DNA of 63,995 nt, counting the filler, from Catajapyx aquilonaris (lineage: Eukaryota): assembly GCA_000934665.2 (NCBI GenBank). It is 3 parts of 3 records of this genome, joined end to end, with 100 filler letters (N's around TTAATTAATTAA, not from the genome) between each part and the next. Parts side by side here need not be neighbours in the genome. Positions count along the whole stretch, not along the records: positions 21,799 to 43,468 come from JYFJ02006007.1; positions 43,569 to 63,995 come from JYFJ02006257.1; 1 more part is not named here. One strand, 5' to 3'. This document shows, piece after piece, positions 38,199 to 49,665 of this stretch (position 1 is the stretch's first letter; every line of letters begins with the position of its first letter). The notes beneath the pieces are model-generated. The model did no database searches, was not told the origin of the DNA, and saw only the letters and a list, made by a program, of their open reading frames with translations. A program made the translations under genes and the position numbers.

Positions 38199-38283
38199 CT
38201 AAAAAACATATTACCCTCACAATAATTGTGATGTGTGATGATTATAAAATTAAAAGCCATTCTGACACTATCAATAGCCATAC

Positions 38284-38392
38284 CATCAAACTGCGCCTCA
38301 AGTTGACTATTATTGTCTTGAATGTATTCAGCTGAGACATGAACTTGAGGCAAGTCAATGCTGGCAGCTGGAGGAAGTTTCACTTCTGCACT
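38284..38392 (-). CDS. BLTP1: BLTP1/tweek exon
   Basis: tatAG|AGT GCA...GAT G|GTatgg, phase 0/1. Encodes SAEVKLPPAASIDLPQVHVSAEYIQD. Confidence 0.9.
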
Positions 38393-38451
38393 CTATAATA
38401 GCAGTGTCAAAGGTGTAATGAAATTCAACTACATATTCATTTCAAAGTTAC

Positions 38452-38598
38452 CTGGAGCTTAGTGGTGAAACTAAGTGAATGTTTGGCCAAATCTATTGTA
38501 AACTTAGCTTTGCTTCCAGTGACTCCCATGCTTGTGACTTGGTCCATCATGTATTGAGCTTGTAGCGATGGCAAAAGAGCAGCAGTGATGCTTAAACT
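38452..38598 (-). CDS. BLTP1: BLTP1/tweek exon
   Basis: ttcAG|AGT TTA...CAG|GTaact, phase 0/0. Encodes SLSITAALLPSLQAQYMMDQVTSMGVTGSKAKFTIDL. Confidence 0.92.
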
Positions 38599-39225
38599 CT
38601 GAAATGGCACAAACAATGGCAAAATAAATTACAATTACATATTTGAAGCTTTGTGGCAACAAAGTGCACATCTTGAGTGCATGTATAGGTATCCTGAAGA
38701 GCAAAGAAAGACCCATGTGCAACATTTATTTCATGTTTTTGAAAGAGTCTGCAACTGACACATTTAGCATCTGATTCAGCACACAGTCACCCACAACATA
38801 TGTAGCTCACAATGAACCCCTCCCTCGAAGAAGGGTGTATGCAACAAAAGTGAAGTTCAGAAAAAAACGACAAAAACAGGATGGAATAACCATCCTTCTT
38901 ATGGGACAAGCTACCTTTCGAGCTCTGCTGTGATGAGCGAAATTGCCACAGGCAGACCCAGGTGGTATCATATGGTGGAGCAGAAGGGAAACTACCTTTT
39001 CCACTGGCCAGTTCAATTCGGCAATTTTGCTACATACACCCTTCTTCGAGGGAGGGTTCAATTGGTGGAATGGGGGAGGGGGGTGGAGGTCATCCAAGCT
39101 CAAATCCTTCCTAACTGAACTGCACACACCCAAATCAACCAGAAATATGGAAATAAGTATGCAGGCATAAGAATGATTTATCTTGAGCTTTTGGGTCATG
39201 CAGTAAACATTATCTACTATTTTAC

Positions 39226-39402
39226 CTGCAAAATTATTGAAAATTGCATGACAAGTGGCTGGAGGAAGCTTGACTCCCCTGCTCGCTTCTGATTGATGTA
39301 TGAGTCCTGAGAGAAAAGTGGAGGGTTCTGGGCAGCAAAATCAATCTCATCCACTGTAGTTCCTCGACTTATTCGGCTGGCTGTTCGTGTCACACGCAGC
39401 TC
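39226..39402 (-). CDS. BLTP1: BLTP1/tweek exon (absent from the ORF track)
   Basis: aacAG|GAG CTG...CAG|GTaaaa, 177 nt, phase 0/0. Encodes ELRVTRTASRISRG...FLQPLVMQFSIILQ, continuous with SLSITAALLPSL. Confidence 0.88.
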
Positions 39403-39458
39403 CTGTTTTACATAAATTTGTCACATATGTTATAGCCAAGAGCCTTACAAAAACTTGC

Positions 39459-39642
39459 CTGCAGTGTAGTAGACAACTGCTTGGTGCTCCTGGTCATCAT
39501 TCCATGTAACACTACAGGATGCTGAGGAATATCAATGTTTATGGCTCCTACAGTCAGGAGTCCTGAGTTCTTGTCCTTAGACTTCTTGGACACACTGGAG
39601 TACAGGGCTTGTGACTTTCCAACTGTCACCTTCACTACAGTC
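39459..39642 (-). CDS. BLTP1: BLTP1/tweek exon ending in a GC donor
   Basis: ggtAG|G ACT GTA...CTG CAG|GCaagt, phase 2/0. Encodes TVVKVTVGKSQALYS...VGAINIDIPQHPVVLHGMMTRSTKQLSTTLQ. Confidence 0.9.
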
Positions 39643-39923
39643 CTACCATGCAAAGTGCAGAAGATATTATCATCATGATTATGCACTAGTTGAAACAGCA
39701 TGCATTGAACCATCCATATTTTCCTTGACTATTTGGAGTAGAAAACTGACTTTTCGCATGCAGTGATATGGAAACAGCACATCACAACTTCAATGAAATA
39801 TCATGTAGACTAGCCATATGCCTAACTTTTCTAGCTGCCTAAATAGCGAACCCTTTATTTCGTATGGCACAAAAATGAACTTTTGAGAGAGTACACTCTA
39901 AGTCACTTGCCCTTTCAAATATT

Positions 39924-40852
39924 CGAGGAGTGATCAAAAAGTAAGGTCTCCAAGGCTGTAACCTTTATTCTGTATGAACACAAATGACGAAACTTACAGG
40001 GTACATGAGGACAATGGACATCTACTTTTCTACATAGTTTCCACACCGAAGAACACACTTCTCCCACCGCCAGACCAGTTTCTCAATCCCTTCCCAATAG
40101 AAAGGGGTGCCCTGTTGACAGCACCAGTCACGCAGCCTTCTTCACCTCATCGTCGCTTCGGAGATGCTGACCTGCCATGTCTGCTTTCAGGGCTCTGAAA
40201 AAGTGATAGTCTGTGAGGGCTAGGTCGGGAATATAGGGTGGGTGAGGAAGAACTTCCCAGTCGTATCCATTCAGCAAAGCCATGGTGTCCCTCGATGTGT
40301 CCGGACGGGCGTTGTCGTGCGGAGAAGGATGACCCCAGCAGTGAGCAATCCTGGAAGTTGCGACTATCAATTCGGAGCGCAGTGACCCTGGCGAAGTTGC
40401 AGAAGGCCATCAGGTGGAAACGACCAGGATTGCTCACTGCTGGGGTCATCCTTCTCCACGACAACCCTCGTCCGCACACATTGAGGGACACCATGGCTTT
40501 GCTGAATGGATACGACTGGGAAGTTCTTCCTCACCCACCCTATATTCCCGACCTAGCCCTCACAGACTATCACTTTTTCAGAGCCCTGAAAGCAGACATG
40601 GCAGGTCAGCATCTCCGAAGCGACGATGAGGTGAAGAAGGCTGCGTGACTGGTGCTGTCAACAGGGCACCCCTTTCTATTGGGAAGGGATTGAGAAACTG
40701 GTCTGGCGGTGGGAGAAGTGCGTTCTTCGGTGTGGAAACTATGTAGAAAAGTAGATGTCCATTGTCCTCATGTACCCTGTAAGTTTCGTCATTTGTGTTC
40801 ATACAGAATAAAGGTTACAGACTTGGAGACCTTACTTTTTGATCACTCCTCG
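39924..40852. mobile_element. Mariner-derived fold-back MITE (two inverted 3' ends)
   Basis: Arms 39924-40354 and 40424-40852 are near-identical inverted repeats. Both encode HDN.RP...WEVLPHPPYIPDLALTDYHFFR; termini CGAGGAGTGATCAAAAAGTAAGG. Confidence 0.92.
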
Positions 40853-40909
40853 TACATTGTTTATAATTTCAGTTAATTATTTCAAATAAAGAAAAACCTT
40901 CCCACTCAC

Positions 40910-41495
40910 TGCAAGTTTGGTGCAACACCTTCTAGAAGTACAATCATGGTTCTTCCAACATGGCCTGTAAGTGAAAATTCCACACTGGCTGGTCTAGCCT
41001 TTTTCTTATAGCATGTTGATGATTGCAAGTTGGTGATCTCACTCTCAAGCTTCAGCCCACTCAGGGTGGCCAGCAGGCGGGTGCGCTGGATTCTTGCCAC
41101 CCCAAACACAGTCAATCGAGGCTGATCAGCCTGTGGCACTTGGCCTACTCCTGCACCAGCTCCTACTGTGCCACCCATTACTCCACCATCCACCTCTTCA
41201 ATCATCTTTTCCTCATGGAGCAGATCATACTTTCGGCTGCCTTTATACCCCTCAGAGGCATCTGGTGCCGGAACCAGAGAAGGACGGTTGTTGGACACAG
41301 TTTTGGTCTCTGGAGTGGTAGCATAAAGGTCAAGCAGGTAGTAGACTGTCCTCCAGCACCTTGGTGCAGCTACCAGATTCTCTTTGCTTGCAGGGGTTTT
41401 GTCAAAACCATCAGAGACAGGGTCTATGGTAGTGGGGCCATCTGCTTGCACCTGGTCAGGACTATTGATACCTTCCTGCAGGTTCTCATAGCCCC
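40910..41495 (-). CDS. BLTP1: BLTP1/tweek exon (first one visible)
   Basis: tttcAG|GG GGC TAT...TTG CA|GTgagt, phase 1/2. Encodes PRCWRTVYYLLDLYAT...VFGVARIQRTRLLATLSGLKLESEI...IVLLEGVAPN. Confidence 0.9.
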
Positions 41496-41902
41496 CTGAA
41501 AAACAGCGGGGAACACTTATTCAATAGTTGTATCAGTTAGGACACTTTTCTGTATGCATTATTAACCACAATAAGCTTGGATTATTTTTCTCATTATGGA
41601 AGGAGTCAGAAGAAATATAACTGCTGGTCTGTTGCTGTTGATGTGACAGAATGGAAGCGTGTTTAATGGGCATGTCTTGGCCTAATCTGGAAGGCTATGG
41701 CAGTTTGGGCTGCACAAACTCACTACAGGCTTCAGTTTCAAGGCACTCCACTGGGTGCAATAGAAGTAGGGTTGTCTTACGCTGTTTTCAGAATTTCCCC
41801 CTTTAATGCTCTCCTCTTTTCCACTTCCCTCTCTAGCCCTGCCCTAGCATTCAAATCCCTTAGAACCTATTCCAACAGATGGTGTACGATACTGTAATTT
41901 CA

Positions 41903-42923
41903 CTACTATCCGTTTATTTAATATAGAGCCCTGTGTTTGACTCTAAATAACTCCCAGGCAAATTATCCAAAAAATAAAGTTATACATCGTTTGAAAGCTT
42001 GTTTAAATCCACGTTACATATATGCGAGTTGTTTTCCTATCGTCAGTCTCTAATTTTTTATCATAAAAAGAAGGTGGAAAAGTGTCATTTTTTGCCTAGT
42101 TGCCGACGTTGCACCGCAAAGTGAATTTTTTATGACACTTTCAGGAGGCCAAAAAAATCCCCATGTGAACCCTGGGTAGTGCACATCTTTGTCTATCTAA
42201 TGATATATTTGAAACATTGAGATCGTCATTTCTGTAATCATAATTAAGTTAATTGCACACCCCTGTTATCTCGGCCATTTATAATCCGAATTACTTCACG
42301 AATGTATCGACGGCAAGCCAGAAATGTGCGTGATAAGATTACATTGTGCTCTATTACACTAAAAATTTTAAACGTATTTAAAAGTATCGCCGTCTATTCC
42401 CGCCAGAAAGCGGGCGGAGTCCTTTTCTATTAAACTTACTTAAACAATACTTTTAAAATTTTTAGTGTAATAGAGCACAATGTAATCTTATCACGCACAT
42501 TTCTGGCTTGCCGTCGATACATTCGCGAAGTAATTCGGATTATAAACGGCCGAGATAACAGGGGTGTGCAATTAACTTAATTATGATTACAGAAATGACG
42601 ATCTCAATGTTTCAAATATATCATTAGATAGACAAAGATGTGCACTACCCAGGGTTCACAGGGGGATTTTTTTGACCTCCTGAAAGTGTCATAAAAAATT
42701 CACTTTGCGGTGCAACGTCGGCAACTAGGCAAAAAATGACACTTTTCCACCTTCTTTTTACGATAAAAAATTAGAGACTGACGATAGGAAAACAACTCGC
42801 ATATATGTAACGTGGATTTAAACAAGCTTTCGAACGATGTATAACTTTATTTTTTTTTGATAATTTGCCTGGGAGTTATTTAGAGTCAAACACAGGGCTC
42901 TATATTAAATAAACGGATAGTAG
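41903..42923. mobile_element. ~1-kb non-coding fold-back element
   Basis: Arms 41903-42372 and 42452-42923 are near-perfect inverted repeats with an ~80-bp spacer; ends (C)TACTATCCG / CGGATAGTA(G). Confidence 0.88.
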
Positions 42924-43468
42924 GTGAACTGAAGGGGGTCATCCAGAGACTAAGAAACCTCCCCCTATCTGCTGCCTCTTACTATGGCACCAAGGCAGCA
43001 TGGATCAACAACCTACTTTCTAGTGGCTTGGTCCGTTACCCTGTGACAGGGGGGTGGGCCACCATAATTAATTTGCTGCCCAGTAATGATTATCAAGTAA
43101 ATGTGCACTGACAAGGGAACGGTCAGGGTCGACCACCTCCGATTTGGTTGAAACTGGCTTGAGGGGTCATTCATGTGCGATAGACACAGTGGTGAAAGTG
43201 TTAGCTCGCACTATCCAGCCGTTTCCGAGATATGAGCGACAGTAACATCCGAATTTTGGCCACGCGCATTTGCCGGGAGCCGCTATGCCAGCTCCAAATC
43301 CTTTCTACCTTGATTCCCCCCACTTTTTTTCGATCCCACACCACCATCCCCCACTCCCCCACCAACATTTCCGTTTTCCATAGTTTCTTTGCTCCGGTAT
43401 TTATTATGAGACCATCAAGCTGCTTTCTTTCGCTTCTGTCAACTGCGAATAAAGAGCTTCTATACCTA

Positions 43469-43568
43469 NNNNNNNNNNNNNNNNNNNNNNNNNNNNNNNN
43501 NNNNNNNNNNNNTTAATTAATTAANNNNNNNNNNNNNNNNNNNNNNNNNNNNNNNNNNNNNNNNNNNN
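43469..43568. other. Artificial contig linker (N44-TTAATTAATTAA-N44)
   Basis: Same 100-bp six-frame-stop spacer as 21699-21798. Confidence 0.95.
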
Positions 43569-43819
43569 TCGGATCGGCACTGAAGCGGGAAAAACCAAAC
43601 GAGCCCAAACGTTTACGCCCGATCCGCCGCCAGGTGGCAGGGCAAGCCATCTCCACGGTCCCTATACCCTATTGTACAGAATGGTGCACTGTACTGTACA
43701 GTACATGTACAAATGTGGAGGCAAAAAATTATGCACGTTCCTTCCAGCAATCATTTTATACATAGAACCGATCAAACGAAACAATATTATTTTTTTCCCA
43801 ATTGGTTTCTTCTACTTAC

Positions 43820-44080
43820 CTTGTGTTGATGGCATGGTCTGGTTGATGGTCTCTTCAAGGGTTCGAAGCAACTCGTCCACCTTCTTATCCAGAGCTAGTT
43901 GAACTGTCTGCTCGGATTCCCATAGAAAGTTACGATGGGGCCATACCACGGCCCATACTATGCTCTATTCGACTAGCTGAGCGAGTGAGAAAGCAACCCC
44001 TAGTACGTACTGTATACATACAGCACAAAGTGAGATATTTCCAAACAGGTTTTTTTTCTATATAAACTGGTTGCTAGGAT
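43820..44080 (-). pseudogene. ORF1p-like array: promoter plus coiled-coil exon of a unit truncated near the contig end
   Basis: TATA-like TTTATATAG followed ~30 nt later by CTCACT. Reads WESEQTVQLALDKKVDELLRTLEETINQTMPSTQ and ends at the donor CAAG|GTAAGT. Confidence 0.55.
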
Positions 44081-44575
44081 AGGCAGTCTGCAATGTCTAC
44101 TCCCAATCTTTTTCTTTTGAAATGATAAATTGGGCAGAGAAGCAGAGAGCAGCACAGTTTCTATTGCCGTTCTCTTGATATCTGCTCAGCACTGTAAAAC
44201 GGAAAATTGGACCTTTTTACCAATATTTTTATGCTGATGAGTATCTCTAGGGATGCCGATGACTTCCTATCTGGACTCTCTGTTTTCTTCTAATAATTAT
44301 TTCTAATACCTAATTCCGCCAACCTAATTGCATGGGAACATTCATTTAGGCATATTCCAAAAGTGTAAGAGTCTTGAGGAAGGAGGTGGAAGTGAAGGAT
44401 TGTTTCGACCAAGAAGTTTACTGATCAGACATATATAATTATATTTTGCTTTGANAAATAATGAAATCAATGCGCAAAAGTGAATACGAACAAAAAATAT
44501 GAATATGAATGGTCTCTAATGGGACAGTGAGGCTGTCCCATGAAACAGGTGTTTCAGGAACAGTAGTCTCTTCCC

Positions 44576-46400
44576 TCAAGCGTCGGCGTCGTCAAGGTCG
44601 TCGAGGGTATCCCAGGTCACTGCTTCCGGAGGATCCCAGGCGTATGTAGTGTAAGCGTCCCCTTCAGGATACAGAGTGAGGGAAAATCATCACAATAATC
44701 AACATAAAATACTTTAATGCAAAACAAATATTCAAAAAATGTGTTCATTATTTAATAATGAACATTGATGCATAAATGGAAGTAAGAACATTACCTGGTG
44801 GTTCACCGCCTAAGTACAGTACACCAACCAACAGTGGAAGCGGGAGAGAGGCTGTCACCTGTACAAAGAGAGAGGAAACATGTAAACTAATAAAATAACA
44901 AACAGGCTCATTATTTTTACACTCGCAATATGTTGTCCCCGCGAGCATAAAGATGGAGACGGCAGACCCTCACCTTCGGCGGGCTGCTCTGCCAATCTCA
45001 GCAATTACAGTATCAAATATACTGTCATAAATACATGAACACACGCCTGAAGCAGCTAACTCGGTCCAAAAATAGTTCATTAATTTCAGTCGGATAAATA
45101 AATGTCAAAAAATGACCTGCCGTCTCTATCTTTATGCTCGCGGGGGTACGCATATCGCGCACAAAGTGCATGAATAAAGTCAATGCATTATTGACGCTGA
45201 TTAAATTTTTCCATAAACGTACGTAGTGTACGTACAATATATTGCATATAAACATTATCCCCCAGCTCTTTTATATGGTACAGTACTTGATGTTTGTGAG
45301 AAACGGTATGCACAAAATTACATCAACAAATAACTGTCGACAAATATTGTCCCACTTCCCTTCGGCCTTCTCTGAGTGTGTTAAACATGCGCCATAATGT
45401 CTACTCTATATATTTATTATCATCCTTGCAACACTTTCTGTAACCTATAGCAGTGAAGTCACGGCAGAATACTGCTGCAGTATATTACAAGCCTGTAAGA
45501 TCAGCTCAATAATGTATTAACAGTGTGGTGCCAAAGCTGCGCACTTCTGCGAGGAACCGGATATCTTGTCTCTTCGTCTGCTGACCTTTGACAAAGTCGG
45601 CCGTCAATCCAAAGTACGCATACTCGTATTGTAAATATAGCGAGTAAGCAGACTTTGGGTCGACGGCAGCTTGCCATTCTGTTTTGCCTCGTACAACGTA
45701 TGAAGGAAAGACGTTTCTTCCGCATGGTGTCCGTTAAAAGTCCTCAGAATCAGGCCTAACTGGTGAAATCTTCAGCAGATAAGAAACGCGGATTGGTTTC
45801 TTCGCCTTGGTGGAGGAATTTGATGTTGACCACCCTCGTACGGCGGTCGCCGTTGTATGGGCCCAAGCGGTAGGCCCTTTCGATGAAGACCAAGTTCTCC
45901 CTGTGGACCAAGTTGAAGGGCACTGGCATGTCGCCCTACCTTTGTACTAATCGTAGTGTTCTACCAGATTTCGTCCTTGCCGTCATCGACCGTGCCATAG
46001 AATCGGAAATTGTTCCTCCTTGACCAGTTGTCGGGCTCCTGCAACTTTAGGACTCCTATGAAAGCACGCACAACTGATCTAAGACAAATTCAGTAATGAA
46101 TGTCTCCATAGGAATCCGAAAGTCGCTCATCTCATGAGCAACATCTTGAATGCTCCTATTCTTTTCCACCAACAAATCTTGTATCGATGGTCGCTTCAAG
46201 AGTTCGCCGCAAGTATCCAGATATACTGTGTAGTTGAATATTCTCTGCTCGGATTCCCATAACAGATTACGAATATCCTCTTAAGATGAGGTCATGTTAT
46301 ATGCTATATTCCACTAGCTGAGAGAGGAAGAAAGGGACCGATTGGCCCCCCACAGAGTGAGATATTGCCAAGCAAGTTTCTTCTATTTAAACTGGTTGCT
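44576..46400 (-). pseudogene. ORF1p-like array: most complete unit (LINE ORF1 / Transposase_22-type RRM + CTD plus 3' exons)
   Basis: Reads VLKLQEPDNWSRRNNFRFYGTVDDGKDEIW*...IERAYRLGPYNGDRRTRVVNIKFL...WIDGRLC with stops and frameshifts; downstream exons 44795-44858 and 44576-44661. Confidence 0.65.
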
Positions 46401-46805
46401 ACTTTGCTAGGGTAAGTAATCTGCAATATATCTTTCCAACCTTCCTCTTTAGAAGCGATTCCTTAGGCAGAGCAACAGTAATTTCTAATGTCGCGTCGTG
46501 CCCGTAAAACATGTACAGTCCCTCTAAAACAAAAAAAAATGATTTTTTTTCACGATATTTTTAAATGTACAGTAATCACCGATCAGGGCATCAGGTTATC
46601 TCAATGCGCCGATAACTGCCTAGCTGTTTGCATCTCTCTCCTCATTGATTCTCTGTTTTCGCCTAATTTCGCCAAACTAATTGCATGTGAACATGCACTA
46701 GGATTAATCGCTTGCATATTTCAAAGACAATATCGAACAATTTAACACATACCCAAATCTTAAACAACAATGAACATGGGTGTAAAAATTGGAGCAAGAA
46801 CATAC

Positions 46806-48745
46806 CTGGTGGTTCTCTACCTGAGTACGCCAACCAACAGTGATGGAAGCGGGGGGGAGGCCGTCATCTGTACAAAGAGAGAAAAAACATTCAAATAAAA
46901 TGACTGCTGTGAACTATAATAAAGAGTCAAACTGACTAATTATTTTACACTCGTAATAGGCTTTACAGATGTCAACAAACTGCATGAGTAATTCCAACGC
47001 ATTTGTGGAGCTGTTTGATTTTTAATAAAAATTATATCATACATTGTATTTAAAAAGCATATTCCGCCATCTTCCTTTTATTCGATGTTGTGAGACACTA
47101 TGTGCACAAAATCATGCCAAACAAATTTTAACTGCCGACTCCCTTTGGCCTTATCTGGGAGTCGGACATGCATCAGCATTTCTATCGCCTTGCAACACTT
47201 TCTGTAATCCAGCAGTAAAGATAGTAATGGCTAAGTACCTGCTGCAGTATTAGGATCAAAGTATGTCTCTCTTTACTTTTCTTCTTTTACGGTTAGCCCT
47301 GGCCATGTTATTGTACCCATATATCTGGTGTCTGCTGATGTCCCCCTAAAATGGGCTCCGTCCTATCATGGGATCGAATAAATAAATAAAATAAAAAATT
47401 ATACAGGGTGGTGCCAAGGGTAGCCAGTTCTTCATTGAGGTACCGGCCGGGGAAGTATAGATGCTTATCGCTTCGTCTGTTGGTCTTTGACATAGTCGGC
47501 CGTCAATCTAAAGCATACTGCAGCTTCGTATAAATAAGCGGGGAAGCACACTTTAGATCGACGGCAGCTTGCCATTCGGTGCTGCCTCCTGTAAAAAGAG
47601 ACGAAATTATTTCTTCCTCGTATGCCCATGAGTGGTGCTGCTGTAACGTACGCGCCCACGGATGTTAAGGTCCCGAGTTCGATCCCAGCCCGGGGACACC
47701 CCCTTCATCTCGTGCAGGGTCATCTCTGGCTTCGTCTGGGGTGGTATTTCCAACAGACTAAACCACCCGGGGGAGTTCACTAAAAATGGCCACATTAAGA
47801 CATTGCACTGAACCTTGCGCATCCCCTCCTGTCATCCTGCCCGTGGGCCCGGGCGTTTCAAAAATATGGTCTATGTATAAGTTACAATAAAGGTCCGTGC
47901 CGCATACACTATAGGGTCAGGCACTACCCAAGAATTATTTTTAAAAAATAATAATAAATAATAATAGTTTAATGCAAAACAAAAATGTTCAAAAATTATG
48001 AACAGGAATGCAAAAGTGGAAGCAAGAATACCGTATACCTGGTGGTTCACTGCCTGAGTATACTCCAACCAACAATGGAAGCTGAAGAAAGGCAGCATCC
48101 TATAAAAAGAGGCACAACAATCAAATAAAGTGTATGTATAGGGGGAAAGAGGCGGTGGGAGGAACGGGACAAACAAACAAACAAACTTTGCCTTTTATAC
48201 TATACCGTATTTATAAGATTGCACGTTTCCTGCAGCTCAATCTGTATAGAGGACAGACCACAACATATAGGTCAGAGATGCTCATTCACTATACCTTAGG
48301 CTATGTATCCACTGCCACTGCACTGGAAGAGAGTGCAATATTATTTTTGAGCAAATAATAAGCCAGAAAAGTCCAGCCGATAGGGATCGTAGCATGTTGA
48401 TGTAGTGGCTAACGTCTCAACCGGGGAGGTAGATGATTGTCGCTTCGGCTGTTGACCTTATAGACAAAGGCGCCATCAATCTAAGGTGTGCCAAGTCGTT
48501 AAAAATACGAGGAAGCACACTTTAAATTGACGGCCTCTTGCCATCATGCTTTGCCTGGTGCATAAAGGGTAGAGGCTTCCTCCACGGCCAGTCCAAAGCA
48601 GCAGACTGCATTCGACTGGCAGTGGTTTCTTCCGCGTGGTGGATGTTCGCTGTTAAAAGTACTCATAAACATGAATTTGTTAAATTTTAAGCAGACACAC
48701 GTTCCGCAAGATTTTGTTATTCGCCTTGGTGGACGGGAATTGTCC
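46806..48745 (-). pseudogene. ORF1p-like array: two partial units (CTD, YRKCCK segment, mini-exons)
   Basis: 47420-47620 and 48400-48745 repeat the RMASCRRSKVC/IDG segment; mini-exons at 46806-46867 and 48039-48099. Confidence 0.55.
47630..47862 (+). mobile_element. tRNA-derived SINE family C, uninterrupted
   Basis: A-box-like AGTGGTGCTGCTGTAA and B-box GAGTTCGATCCC; 3' end GGGCCCGGGCGTTTCAAAAA. Confidence 0.85.
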
Positions 48746-49665
48746 TACTTCCCTTCCACCTTCTCTGGAAGTCCTTTCGGAGTCCTTGCAACACTTTCTG
48801 TACTCCAGAAGTAAAGTCACGGCAGAATATGCTGCCCCAGTGTATATTACAAGCCCGTATAAGATCAGTTCAGTAATTATTATACAGGGTGGTGCTAAAG
48901 GTGATAATTATTTTCTTCATTGATGAGGTACCGGCCGGGGAGGTATTGTGCTTGTTGCTTCGTCTAATTGTCTTTGACAGAGTCGGCCGTCAATCTAAAG
49001 GATGCTGTAAGCTTCGTATAAATAAGCTGAGAAGCACACTTTGGATCGACGGCAGCTTGCCATTCGGTTTTGTCTCCTGTAAAAAGAGATGAAGTTTCTT
49101 TCGCGTGGTACATGTCCCTCAGAAATATGAATATTGACAAAAATCTTCAGCAGAACAGGAACATTAGTTTCTTCACCTTGGAGGACAGGAATTTGATGTT
49201 GATCATCCTCGGATGGCCTACGCGGTAGGTCCTTTCGGTCGAGGCCAATAAGTTCTCCGAGTTCACTCGATTGAAGGACACTAATATGTTTCTTACCATA
49301 TGGTTAGTGTTCTTCCAGGCTTCCTCCTTGCCGTCATCGAACATAGATTCGGAAATTGTTCCTCCTTGACCAGTTATAGGATATAACGACTTTCAGACTA
49401 CTATGGAAGCGATCACGGCTGCTTTTCAAGACAAAGTCAGTGATGTGCGCCATAGTAATCCGAAACCCGCTCAGCTCAACAGCTCCAATATTACTCCGCT
49501 TCTTTGCCACCAACCCACCTTGTCTCGATGGTCGCTTCAAGGGTTTGTCGCAACTCCTTCATCTTCTTATCCAAAGCTAGTTAAACTCTTTTATCGGATT
49601 CCCATCAGAACGAGTTACAAATATAGCCTCTAAACATGTAGGCCATTTTATTATATATTCCACTA
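48746..49665 (-). pseudogene. ORF1p-like array: upstream unit
   Basis: Reads LALDKKMKELRQTLEATIET | intron | YNWSRRNNFRIY..DDGKEEAWKNTNHMVRNIL...TERTYRVGHPRMINIKFLSSKVKKL. Confidence 0.65.

Noticed and set aside
44235..44270. CTGATGA plus short stem as a hammerhead ribozyme (also 54189 and the SINE tail CTGAGGA)
   Set aside because: The required GAAA after stem II and stems I/III were not found.
47630..47705. tRNA gene
   Set aside because: A and B boxes are present, but there is no full cloverleaf and it is followed by a repeated SINE body.
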